From Candidatus Woesearchaeota archaeon (GTDB lineage: Archaea > Nanobdellota > Nanobdellia > Pacearchaeales > GW2011-AR1): a DNA stretch of 58,714 nt. The position numbers and the translations under genes were made by a program. This document shows positions 1 through 8,274 of this stretch, in pieces. The notes beneath the pieces were generated by a model. That model saw only the letters and a program-made list of their open reading frames with translations, did not search any database and had not been told where the DNA came from. Each line of letters starts with the position of its first letter. Positions within the stretch are counted from its first letter, which is position 1. The stretch lies in contig CAYXTB010000001.1 in the NCBI GenBank assembly GCA_964468255.1, positions 1 to 58,714 on the forward strand, given 5' to 3'.

Positions 1-64
1 ATTATTATAAGGAATTTAAGGAAATGGAAGATATAGAGAAATATCTGTTTATTTCGTGTATAAG

Positions 65-1011
65 CCACTGACATATGTCGTAGGGACATATGTGTTGAAT
101 CACGTAAATCTAATTGGGTGTTAATTATATGATTCTTTAATGAGGAAAGAAGAAATAAGAAAAGAATTCTTCAAGTTAAAGAATAAAGGACATTCTTACT
201 CACAATGTAAGAAATTAATTCTTGCTCAGTTTGGTTATGAAGTTACAGCAAGAACTTTGCAAAGATGGGAAAGAAGATTAAGAACTGATAAATGGGATTT
301 ACAGGACGAATCAAGAAGACCTAAAAGGATTCATTACAAAGTTTCTCCTGAGACAGAACGAGAGATTGTTTCTATCAAGAAGCAAACTGGATGGGGAGCA
401 GAAAAAATAGAAGATGTTGTTGAAATTGGGCATACAACAATAAACAAAATTCTAAACAGACACAGGCTAACAAAGCCAAATGAAAACAGGAAAAAAAGAA
501 TCAAATATATTCGATGGCAAAGAGAACATCCAAACTCTCTATGGCAGATGGATATTAGTGACCAAAAAGTAGACAGCAAATACTTGTTCGCTGTTATTGA
601 TGATTGCTCAAGAGATTGTCTGGGATTGTTTGAGTTAAACAATATTTCAACTGCAATCATAACAAAATTATTGGATGATATTATCAAGATTCATGGCAAG
701 TCAAGAGAAATTTTAACTGACAATGGGAATGTTTTCGGATTGAGAAGCAAACATAGCAAGTTTGATAGATGGTGCAACAGAAGAGGAATAAAGCATATTA
801 GAACTGCAATTCATTCTCCAACTACAACAGGAAAGATAGAAAGATTCTTCCAGACTCTTGAGAAAGAATTGCCTTTCTGCAAGAATAACTTAGAGCTATT
901 TAGAATGAGGTATAATCACTTCAGACCCCATTCTAGTCTGCAAGGGAAAGCCCCTGCAGAGGTATATTTTGCGTTTAATAAGCTATTTTAGCTTACGACA
1001 TATGTCTATGG
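65..1011 (+). mobile_element. IS element (IS481/IS3-like, single DDE transposase) with imperfect terminal inverted repeats
   Basis: A single rve-type transposase ORF (140-991) is flanked by inverted repeats. 65-82 CCACTGACATATGTCGTA matches the reverse complement of 994-1011 (CCATAGACATATGTCGTA) at 16/18, with a perfect 13-bp core GACATATGTCGTA (70-82 / 994-1006). No clear target-site duplication was seen. Confidence 0.6.
140..991 (+). CDS. DDE transposase / integrase-core (rve) protein with N-terminal HTH
   Basis: 283 aa. It has an N-terminal HTH-like segment (TARTLQRWERRL), a D..D..E-type pattern (WQMDISD, LTDNGNVF, GKIERFFQTLEKE) and the C-terminal RPHSSLQGKAP typical of rve-family transposases. 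Confidence 0.85.
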   Translation: MRKEEIRKEFFKLKNKGHSYSQCKKLILAQFGYEVTARTLQRWERRLRTDKWDLQDESRRPKRIHYKVSPETEREIVSIKKQTGWGAEKIEDVVEIGHTTINKILNRHRLTKPNENRKKRIKYIRWQREHPNSLWQMDISDQKVDSKYLFAVIDDCSRDCLGLFELNNISTAIITKLLDDIIKIHGKSREILTDNGNVFGLRSKHSKFDRWCNRRGIKHIRTAIHSPTTTGKIERFFQTLEKELPFCKNNLELFRMRYNHFRPHSSLQGKAPAEVYFAFNKLF

Positions 1012-1068
1012 ATTGCACAAAGAGTTTTGCATAGATATATTTAAATAAGGTTTATTTGGTTTGTTTTT

Positions 1069-2238
1069 ATGGATTTGGTTGAAGATTTGTATGGCCAGGA
1101 AGACGTCTCCTTAAGGAAAATATGGGCTAAATATCCATTTGGTCTGTTTAGTCCAGATATGGGTTTTCTTGGTTTTAAGAATGTTAGGCGCGCTATTGAA
1201 GGAAAAGATGCAACATTTTTTATAAATAATATAAGAAATAATTTCTTTCCTGATAAAAGTCCAGAAAAAGTTTTAGATGGAAAAAGAAATGCAATAAACA
1301 GAGGAATAAACTCATTAAATGCCTTATGCAGGACTCATGTTCCAGAAGCTTTTTCACATTTGCGTATAGAGGCCTTATCTGCGCCTTACAATCCACTCGA
1401 AACAATGAGTGAAGCAAGAGAAAAATGGATTAAAGCAAGAAACGGAATGAATTCTCTCTCTGAATTAGCTAAAAAAATGCTTGCTGAAGGTAAGGGGTTG
1501 CATGCGGGCTTAAGAAATCCAGGGGCATCATTTGAAGCTTATAACGCAGTAAGAAATTGGGGTATAGGGCACTTTATTTTGATAATCGACGAATCTCCGG
1601 AAGTTTTTCATTCAGTTCATTATGAAGCAGCGGTCAATAGATGGCTTTTTGAGCGGTTTAAATTTGCTAATCCTATACAGTTTTCTGAAGGAGTTTATTC
1701 ATGGGAAACCAGTGCAGGAGTAAAAGTTCTCGGAACACAAAAACAACCGTTTAGACATAGGGCGAAAATTTATGACGACTACGGCCAAATAAGGTACGAC
1801 TCGCTCCTTATTAAGATGTTCTCCAAAGAAGGATTTTTAGATAGAATACATGATAATTACGGCATAGAGTTGGTTGTTAAAACAGATCAAGATGCAGGCG
1901 ATTTGATCCATTATATTCGTTATAATTTAAGGGGCTCAGCGTCTCTTGAAAAATATGAACACGTAGAGAAAAAAGAACCACCAGCATTTTGCTGCGATAA
2001 ATTTGTTTTGCGTGTGCCAGTAAGAGTTTCCGAAAGAATACGAGAAGAAGATATTGACGGGGGGTCAACAACAATGTTTCCACTTGAAAAATATGTCCGT
2101 TTGCCGATAGAGGTGCAGGTAAGGCGTCCTGATGGTCAGTATGACCATGCCTTATACAAGAAGCAGCAATATATGAAGGTATTTCCTTTGTGGTACCCCC
2201 GCGCTATTTACGAGCCAATACTGAGAGAAACCGCTTAA
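1069..2238 (+). CDS. hypothetical protein; the C-terminal third has RelA/SpoT-like nucleotidyltransferase motifs (tentative)
   Basis: 389-aa ORF, visibly GC-richer than its neighbours. The pattern HRAKIY...SLLIKMFSK...RIHDNYGIELVV...DAGDLIHYI...PIEVQVRR...HALYKK resembles the R-x-K, D-x-x-G-x-R-h-h, E-h-Q-h-R-T and H-x-x-YK blocks of the RelA/SpoT synthetase fold. This was not verified by search. Confidence 0.6.
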   Translation: MDLVEDLYGQEDVSLRKIWAKYPFGLFSPDMGFLGFKNVRRAIEGKDATFFINNIRNNFFPDKSPEKVLDGKRNAINRGINSLNALCRTHVPEAFSHLRIEALSAPYNPLETMSEAREKWIKARNGMNSLSELAKKMLAEGKGLHAGLRNPGASFEAYNAVRNWGIGHFILIIDESPEVFHSVHYEAAVNRWLFERFKFANPIQFSEGVYSWETSAGVKVLGTQKQPFRHRAKIYDDYGQIRYDSLLIKMFSKEGFLDRIHDNYGIELVVKTDQDAGDLIHYIRYNLRGSASLEKYEHVEKKEPPAFCCDKFVLRVPVRVSERIREEDIDGGSTTMFPLEKYVRLPIEVQVRRPDGQYDHALYKKQQYMKVFPLWYPRAIYEPILRETA

Positions 2239-2617
2239 TCACTTTTTGCTGCATAAATGCAACATCCAAAGTTCCTATTTCTTTTGGAGCAACCCATTCA
2301 TATTGAGACGACTCTTTATTTATATTAACTTTACCAGAACTTTTCCCTAAAAAATAAGATATAATGTATTTTTTATTATTTGCGTCTGTTTCTGTTAAAT
2401 TTTCAGAGAAAAACAAAAATTCCAATGAATCTAGTAAAAGGCCAGTTTCTTCTTTTATTTCACGCCTGCATGCTTCCTTAGCACTTTCTCCTTCGTTAAT
2501 TTTTCCTCCAGGGAGAGACCAGCGATTAGGCCATTTTTGACTGCTTGCGCGCTTTAACAGAAGTATTCTTCCTTTACTATCTTGAATAACAACACGAACA
2601 ACATTAATTGAATTCAT
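2204..2617 (-). CDS. NUDIX hydrolase
   Basis: 137 aa with a canonical Nudix box, GGKINEGESAKEACRREIKEETGL (GX5EX7REUXEEXGU). Its 3' end overlaps the convergent ORF 1069-2238 by 35 nt. Confidence 0.88.
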   Translation of the reverse strand: MNSINVVRVVIQDSKGRILLLKRASSQKWPNRWSLPGGKINEGESAKEACRREIKEETGLLLDSLEFLFFSENLTETDANNKKYIISYFLGKSSGKVNINKESSQYEWVAPKEIGTLDVAFMQQKVIKRFLSVLARK

Positions 2618-2647
2618 AAATCGAGAATAGAAATAAATATTATAAAG

Positions 2648-4837
2648 CTATTGGTTCTCCGCCAGCCCCTTCCTCTGCCTTATCTTCCTTATGACATCAA
2701 ACTGCAGTTCTGCAGGCAGTTTCTGGAAGTGCTGGTCCATCAAAGAAGAAACGCCCCTGCCTTCTGTGGCAGACCTTAAGTCATTGCTCCATCCAATCAT
2801 TTCTGCAACAGGAATTTTAGCTTTTATGAAAGTGTCATTGCCTTCCTGATGAACATCAATTAAAATTCCTCTTTTTGAGCCTATCAATCCATTTACTGTT
2901 CCCATAAAATCAACAGGAACTTCAATCAAATGAGTTTGTATGGGCTCTAATATGACTGCGCCGCCTTTCTTTATAGACTCGTGCATTCCTAATCTTATCG
3001 CAGGATAAATCTGAGCAGGCCCCCTATGCATATGGTCTACGTGTAATTTTGCATCATGAAGAATGAATTTTGTCTTCATCAAAGGCTCTTTTGCTAGGGG
3101 ACCTCCGTCAATGACTAACCTCCATCCGTCAATAATAGATTCAATTACTTCTGGCAATAAGACAAGCCCTCTTGTTCTATCCTGAAAAACATTTCCCTTG
3201 TAGATTTCCAAGTACTGCCTCGCTTCTTCGTTGCTGATGCCAAGAGAAGAAAGCTTCTTCCAAACATCTTCTGCTTTCTTTTTCAGGCGCATCTCAGGCA
3301 ATGCCCCAGATTCAATCGCGTCGTAAACTTCTTCTTCCAAAGGCTCAGCGCTTACAAAGAAAATGTTGTGTCCATTAGGAGTTCTGACTTCAACTTCCGG
3401 GCTTGCTTTGGCAATGCTTTCCCTGTAAACAACAATAGGATTTCCTGTTTTAACTTCAAGCCCCTTTTCTGTCTTGATTCTGCCTTCTATAATCTCCAAG
3501 TGCAATTCACCCATTCCAGAAATAAGATTTTCGCCTGTTTCCTCATTGATTTCAATTTTAATGCTTGGGTCTTCTTTTCCTACTTTTCTCAATACTTCAA
3601 TCAGCTTCGGTAAATCAGCAGACCTGACGATTTCTATGCTCTTTGTAATGACTGGCTGGAAAATGTGCCTTATTTCCTCAAACGGCATCTGTTCGTTCAA
3701 TGTAATAGTATCTCCAACGTCAGAATTCAAGCCAGATATTGCCAGAACATTTCCAGCAGGCACAGATTCCATCTGCTCTGGCTTTATGCCGTTATAAACT
3801 AAAACCTGCTGAACCCTGTATTTTTTCTTGAACATGTTGGAATAAACTTCCATTCCATTCGTAATTGTTCCAGAATAAAGCCTGCCGGCAGAAACTTCTT
3901 TTCCTGACTTTGGCTCTATAACAATTTTTGTAATAATAAAAGCCACTTCTCCTTTGCTATTGCAATTCAATAAATCTTGACCGAATTTGCTGTTCAAATC
4001 GCCTCTCCATATTTTAGGAATTCTATATTTTTGGGCCTGAATAGGATTAGGTAAATGTTTTACAGCCATATCTAAAACAACTTCATGCAAGGGGGCATTT
4101 TTCCAAACCCATTTCTTTCTTTCTTCCTCTGGCATTTCATAAATTCTATAAACATCTTTGAATGAAATATTTTTCTTCTTCATGAAAGGAATTGACAAAG
4201 CCCAGTTCTCCCTTGCTGAGCCGAAAGCAACGCTTCCATCATTAACATTGACTTTCCATTTTTCCTTATACTCTGGTTCAGCAATCTGCATAATTTTATT
4301 ATTAAATTCATTTATTAATTTTATAAAGCGTTCTTGCATTTGCTCTGGCCCAAGCTTCAATTCTTTGATTAATCTATCAACTTTATTAATAAATAAGACT
4401 GGCTTTACTCTCTCTCTTAATGCCTGCTTCAAAACAGTTTCTGTTTGTGGCATAATTCCTTCAACTGCACAAACGAGAACGAAAGTTCCATCAATAGCTC
4501 TCATAGCTCTCGTTACATTTCCCCCAAAATCAACATGCCCTGGAGTATCAATTAAATTAATTAAATATTCTTTTCCCAGATATTCGTGAGCCATAGAAAC
4601 ATTTGCAGCATCAACTGTCATTAATCTTTCCTGCTCATCAGCATGCTGCCATGTGGTCATTCCTTCTTCTAAATCTCCTGCTGCTTTTGTTGACATTAAT
4701 CCTGCGGCAGCCAAAAGTACGTCCGTGAAAGCGGTTTTTCCATGGTGAATATGTGCGCTTGTAGCTACATTCCTGATATTTTCCTGCTGATTTGTCAATC
4801 TTTCAATTTTCCTTATGCTTGTTTCTTTTTCTGTCAT
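2648..4837 (-). CDS. fusA: translation elongation factor 2 (aEF-2)
   Basis: 729 aa. It has the GTPase motifs AHIHHGKT, DTPGH and NKVD, an HRGPAQ diphthamide-loop region, and lies downstream of rps12-rps7 as in archaeal str-type operons. Confidence 0.96.
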   Translation of the reverse strand: MTEKETSIRKIERLTNQQENIRNVATSAHIHHGKTAFTDVLLAAAGLMSTKAAGDLEEGMTTWQHADEQERLMTVDAANVSMAHEYLGKEYLINLIDTPGHVDFGGNVTRAMRAIDGTFVLVCAVEGIMPQTETVLKQALRERVKPVLFINKVDRLIKELKLGPEQMQERFIKLINEFNNKIMQIAEPEYKEKWKVNVNDGSVAFGSARENWALSIPFMKKKNISFKDVYRIYEMPEEERKKWVWKNAPLHEVVLDMAVKHLPNPIQAQKYRIPKIWRGDLNSKFGQDLLNCNSKGEVAFIITKIVIEPKSGKEVSAGRLYSGTITNGMEVYSNMFKKKYRVQQVLVYNGIKPEQMESVPAGNVLAISGLNSDVGDTITLNEQMPFEEIRHIFQPVITKSIEIVRSADLPKLIEVLRKVGKEDPSIKIEINEETGENLISGMGELHLEIIEGRIKTEKGLEVKTGNPIVVYRESIAKASPEVEVRTPNGHNIFFVSAEPLEEEVYDAIESGALPEMRLKKKAEDVWKKLSSLGISNEEARQYLEIYKGNVFQDRTRGLVLLPEVIESIIDGWRLVIDGGPLAKEPLMKTKFILHDAKLHVDHMHRGPAQIYPAIRLGMHESIKKGGAVILEPIQTHLIEVPVDFMGTVNGLIGSKRGILIDVHQEGNDTFIKAKIPVAEMIGWSNDLRSATEGRGVSSLMDQHFQKLPAELQFDVIRKIRQRKGLAENQ

Positions 4838-4875
4838 TTTTATCTCCTGATAAATTATATGTCTCCGTCGCCATT

Positions 4876-5772
4876 ATGGATGCAGAGAACAAAAGCTCAT
4901 ATAAAAAGAGCTTTTTAAAGATTTGTACGCTTTCAAAAATAATAAGGAATGCCAAGATAATTATACTTGCAATACTTATTAGTATTATGGATAAATTACT
5001 ATGGTTTCAGGATACTTCAGAGTGTAAAGATAAGATAGAAATGGAAAGTATAAACCTCAATGATTTAGAAAAGAGGCTTTCCTCTTCAGGATGTTTTGCT
5101 ATACCAAAGAAAGTTAGAGTAGGCCGTTATGAAATAGAAATTTACTTGGAAGATAAAAGGCCTCAATCGTCTAAAATGTCGCCTGCAGATGCCCTGGAAT
5201 TATCACAAAAATATGGAGATACTGGTTGGTTTCCAAAATCAGAAATAGAAGCTCTTATAGAGGGCAAAGGATTCGTCGTTGTTAGTGCAATGTTTGATCT
5301 CGGATATGTAAAAGACCATTTAGGTAAATTAGCAAAGAAGGAAAAAGGCATGTTCGCTCCTTATAGGCAAAGAATTGCAGAATATGAGTCTAAAATTTTT
5401 AAAATTGCTCAAGTTAATGACGATATTGAAATATTACATGAAAATGAATTTGGAGATGGATGGAATAATACATTTGTCATAACTTCAGGATATAAAGGAA
5501 TGATTTGTGTTGCTACAAAAGTTGCAGAATTATGCTCTCCAGGAATCCAGCCACCTGTAATGCATATATCTCAAAATCAACCTTCTTTTATAATAAAGGC
5601 GAAAAATGTTGTAGCAAGGAGTAATCGCCTAGTGCTAGTTAATTTATTTCACCCTCAAGGCGAGGCAAATCCATTTTATCAATGCCTTTTTCCCTATAAT
5701 ATACCTCTAAAAAAATTCTCTGAACTAGAAAGAAAATTCATAGAGGAAGTTAATCAGAGAATTATTGCTTGA
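4876..5772 (+). CDS. hypothetical protein (start uncertain: ATG at 4876, 4987 or 5041)
   Basis: The long ORF 4792-5772 was trimmed because its first 15 codons overlap the aEF-2 start on the other strand. No recognisable motifs. It ends 1 nt before the displaced rps7 3' remnant. Confidence 0.5.
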   Translation: MDAENKSSYKKSFLKICTLSKIIRNAKIIILAILISIMDKLLWFQDTSECKDKIEMESINLNDLEKRLSSSGCFAIPKKVRVGRYEIEIYLEDKRPQSSKMSPADALELSQKYGDTGWFPKSEIEALIEGKGFVVVSAMFDLGYVKDHLGKLAKKEKGMFAPYRQRIAEYESKIFKIAQVNDDIEILHENEFGDGWNNTFVITSGYKGMICVATKVAELCSPGIQPPVMHISQNQPSFIIKAKNVVARSNRLVLVNLFHPQGEANPFYQCLFPYNIPLKKFSELERKFIEEVNQRIIA

Positions 5773-5814
5773 TTATCTTGCAGCATCAGCCTGCTTTTCA
5801 GACTCATTTTTCTT
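5772..5814 (-). repeat. displaced duplicate of the rps7 3' end (last 13 codons plus stop)
   Basis: 5772-5814 matches 7086-7128 at 39/43 nt, with a perfect 29-nt core (5780-5808 = 7094-7122). Read on the minus strand it encodes KKNESEKQADAAR-stop, identical to the S7 C-terminus. All 4 mismatches are synonymous third-position changes. Confidence 0.85.
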
Positions 5815-6286
5815 TGTCCTTGTCCATTTTTTCTTTTAATCTATTTTTTAAGTTTTTCAATATATCTTTACCAACACTATTCCAAAAATTAGTTATCTCT
5901 CTTGCCTGTGAAACTGAGATTTTAAATCCTCTATAATTAGCACTGTGTCTTATTGATTTAAATCTTTCAAGAGAATTCAGCTTAACTTTTTGCTCGCTCG
6001 AAATAAAGTCTAAATTTAAGTATGTATCTTTTAACATCTCAATTGAAACTTCATGATTTTGTGGATTGTATCCTTCAATCCACCATAATGCATCTCCCAA
6101 TTGCCTAATAGACTCATAAATCTCTCTGAATATTGTAGTTGCCCCCTTTTCATTCAATTCCATTTCCAAAGCAACTTCTCCTGTATTTTTAGCAGATTCT
6201 ATTAATGATAAAGCCCTTTCTTTGTCAGAGCTTACCTTAAGTAATTGTTTTGATTTAATTAATTGGGAGATTCTATCTTCTTTCAT
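5804..6286 (-). CDS. HEPN-domain protein (toxin-like partner of the upstream MNT)
   Basis: 160 aa and helical. It has a C-terminal SIRHSANYRG block resembling the HEPN R-x-x-x-x-Y/H motif. Its start overlaps the stop of the upstream nucleotidyltransferase gene by 4 nt. Confidence 0.7.
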   Translation of the reverse strand: MKEDRISQLIKSKQLLKVSSDKERALSLIESAKNTGEVALEMELNEKGATTIFREIYESIRQLGDALWWIEGYNPQNHEVSIEMLKDTYLNLDFISSEQKVKLNSLERFKSIRHSANYRGFKISVSQAREITNFWNSVGKDILKNLKNRLKEKMDKDKEK

Positions 6287-6867
6287 GGTTTGACCTCTAA
6301 GAAACCCATTAGTACTATCCCATTAGCTATATTATTAAAAACATGCAGATCAGCGTTTTTTCTATTAAACTCGTGAATTTGTATTTTTTTGCCTATCTGT
6401 TTTTCAAATTCTGAAAGCTCTCTAAATCCAATAGTTTTATATTCTTTTATCTCTTCTCGTTCTATTGCTATATCTATATCAGAATTTGATATATCTTCAC
6501 CCTTTCTAAAGCTCCCAAAGAGAATAATTGCCTTGGGGTTGTTATACATTTTATTTAGAAATTCTACTAATCCGCTTTGATAAATAAAGTTAAGATTGTA
6601 TATTATTTTATTTTTTTTATAAATCCATTGTTCTCTGTTAGCCTTTATTCTCCATATTTTAGTAAGCTTTTCAATTTGAATAAATCCAGCAGATTCCAAT
6701 TGTCCAAGAATGCTTCCAACATTTGCTTTAGCTACTCCGGCTTCCTTTGCGATGTCGCTTAAGCTAAATTCTTTTTCAGGAAATCTATATAGTACTTCCA
6801 GAACTTTTTGTACTCCGGTTTCTATATAGAACTTACGATAATCATTAATACTATGTGGTTTCTTCAT
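6283..6867 (-). CDS. winged-helix DNA-binding domain fused to a minimal nucleotidyltransferase (MNT)
   Basis: 194 aa. The N-terminus is wHTH-like (FSLSDIAKEAGVAKANVGSILGQLESAGFIQ). The NTase motif is ILFGSFRKGEDISNSDIDIAI (G-S-x10-D-x-D). Confidence 0.8.
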   Translation of the reverse strand: MKKPHSINDYRKFYIETGVQKVLEVLYRFPEKEFSLSDIAKEAGVAKANVGSILGQLESAGFIQIEKLTKIWRIKANREQWIYKKNKIIYNLNFIYQSGLVEFLNKMYNNPKAIILFGSFRKGEDISNSDIDIAIEREEIKEYKTIGFRELSEFEKQIGKKIQIHEFNRKNADLHVFNNIANGIVLMGFLEVKP

Positions 6868-6906
6868 ATAACATACGTTATATTATAGATATATAAATGT
6901 TTCTAT

Positions 6907-7073
6907 TGTCAAGAACCCTCAGACTAAAGTCTGGGGCGTGTTTGGGTTCTTGAGCACCTCGAGAATTCTGTTTGCTTCTTCAAAAACTTTCAGTTTTTGA
7001 GGCCTCAAAAATCCGCAAAAGATTTTTGAAGTCTCACGGACTAAAGTAGGGAGTTTACGCAAACAGAATTCTC
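6907..7073. repeat. hairpin-rich repeat element, copy A (possible MITE or structured RNA)
   Basis: The terminal hairpin 6907-6957 is TGTCAAGAACCC...GGGTTCTTGAGCAC. A perfect 15-bp inverted repeat (GAGAATTCTGTTTGC 6961-6975 / GCAAACAGAATTCTC 7059-7073) encloses two hairpins. A 33-mer, TTCTTCAAAAACTTTCAGTTTTTGAGGCCTCAA (6976-7008), is identical to 31644-31676. Confidence 0.6.
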
Positions 7074-7086
7074 TCAGTATTAAAAA

Positions 7087-7722
7087 TTACCTCGCAGCAT
7101 CAGCCTGCTTTTCAGACTCATTCTTTTTTATCATACAATAGCTGTCTCCTCCTCCCTTTGCAGCAGCCATTATTTCATTTGCTAAAGTATCTGCCATCTT
7201 GTTTCTTTTGCCAAAGCTTTTAGCATAAGCCCCCTGTACTATCCACCTGATTGCTAAATTAATTCTTCTTATCGGACTCGTGTCTACAGCTTGAGGATAT
7301 CTTGCCCCTGCCTGTTCAATAACAGTTATCTCATCCCTTGGCGAGCCATTCTCAATTGCATTCACTAATATTTGTACGGGATTTTGCCCTGTTTTTTTCT
7401 CTACAATATCTAGGGCTATAAGTATTGTTTTCATATTTCTGTTGTATTTTCCAGAACTCCATGAAGTAATTATTTTATGTTTCTTTCCAACATGTCCTGG
7501 CACAGCCAATCTATTTGCTAATCTTTCTACAATTGAAGCTTTCAAATAAGCAAGCTTTTCCAACTGCCTGCCATAGGACTTCGCCAAAAGTTTTCCCCTT
7601 AGGTTGATATATGGCCTCAGAGCATTATCTTTAACTTTTACTTCTTCAGTTGAATATTTATCAAATAGTTTGAATTCTTTTTCTATTGTTTGTTCTTGCT
7701 TTATTTGTTCAGGCATTGCCAT
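7087..7722 (-). CDS. rps7: 30S ribosomal protein S7 (uS7)
   Basis: 211 aa. The sequence is archaeal uS7-like, and the gene sits immediately (1 nt) downstream of rps12. Confidence 0.93.
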   Translation of the reverse strand: MAMPEQIKQEQTIEKEFKLFDKYSTEEVKVKDNALRPYINLRGKLLAKSYGRQLEKLAYLKASIVERLANRLAVPGHVGKKHKIITSWSSGKYNRNMKTILIALDIVEKKTGQNPVQILVNAIENGSPRDEITVIEQAGARYPQAVDTSPIRRINLAIRWIVQGAYAKSFGKRNKMADTLANEIMAAAKGGGDSYCMIKKNESEKQADAAR

Positions 7723-7723
7723 T

Positions 7724-8146
7724 TTATCTTCTTCCCTTTTCTATCTTGCCCTTCCATAAAAGATGCAAGGGCTGTTCATTTACTTTAATTACTTTAAACC
7801 TGATTCCTGGAATATCTCCGAAAGAGCGCCCCATTCTTCCGCCTATTCTTTCTATAATAACTTCATCGTGTTCATCAATAAATTTCTGCGCTAAATTGCC
7901 TGGTATAAAGGCACCAACTTGAACTCCATTTTTAATTAATTGGACTTTGCAGCATTTTCTCATAGCAGAGTTAGGCTGTCTTGCTTCTTTTTGGAACTTT
8001 GATATTACAATTCCCCTGGCTTGGGAAGCTCCTTTAAGAGGATCTGCCTTTACCTTCAATCTAAGAATTTTTGTCTTGTAAGCTCTCTGGCTCCATCTAA
8101 ACTTTCTCTGCTTTTTCAGTATTCTTCTTGCGCTCATTAATCCCAT
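7724..8146 (-). CDS. rps12: 30S ribosomal protein S12 (uS12)
   Basis: 140 aa with the [13 protein letters not shown] block characteristic of uS12. It occupies the conserved nusA-rps12-rps7 position. Confidence 0.95.
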   Translation of the reverse strand: MGLMSARRILKKQRKFRWSQRAYKTKILRLKVKADPLKGASQARGIVISKFQKEARQPNSAMRKCCKVQLIKNGVQVGAFIPGNLAQKFIDEHDEVIIERIGGRMGRSFGDIPGIRFKVIKVNEQPLHLLWKGKIEKGRR

Positions 8147-8274
8147 TTTTGTCGTTAATTAATAATTTATACTAGCAATTATGCTTAATTTTTTTGCTTT
8201 TTAAACCCTTCTCCTATAGGACGCTGTAGCATTAAAAAGTGTTATCGCCATACCTAAAGATTTAAAAATAAGTT

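Noticed and set aside
3368-4589. Plus-strand ORFs of 81, 107 and 143 aa inside the aEF-2 gene
   Set aside because: They are antisense to a confidently identified conserved gene. Their low-complexity Ser/Phe/Ile-rich translations are typical of shadow ORFs in AT-rich DNA.
2648-4837. Possible degenerate diphthamide loop in aEF-2 (as in lineages lacking dph genes)
   Set aside because: The loop reads HRGPAQ with the modified His retained, which as far as I recall is the normal archaeal form. No anomaly is claimed.
4792-4875. Upstream part of ORF 4792-5772
   Set aside because: It overlaps the aEF-2 start codon region on the opposite strand and translates to low-complexity hydrophobic sequence. 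A later ATG is preferred.
6907-7073. Possibility that the hairpin repeats are a CRISPR array or a tRNA/split-tRNA gene
   Set aside because: There are no regularly spaced identical direct repeats with unique spacers. I could not build a cloverleaf or conserved T-loop. The region is reported instead as a repeat/structured element family.
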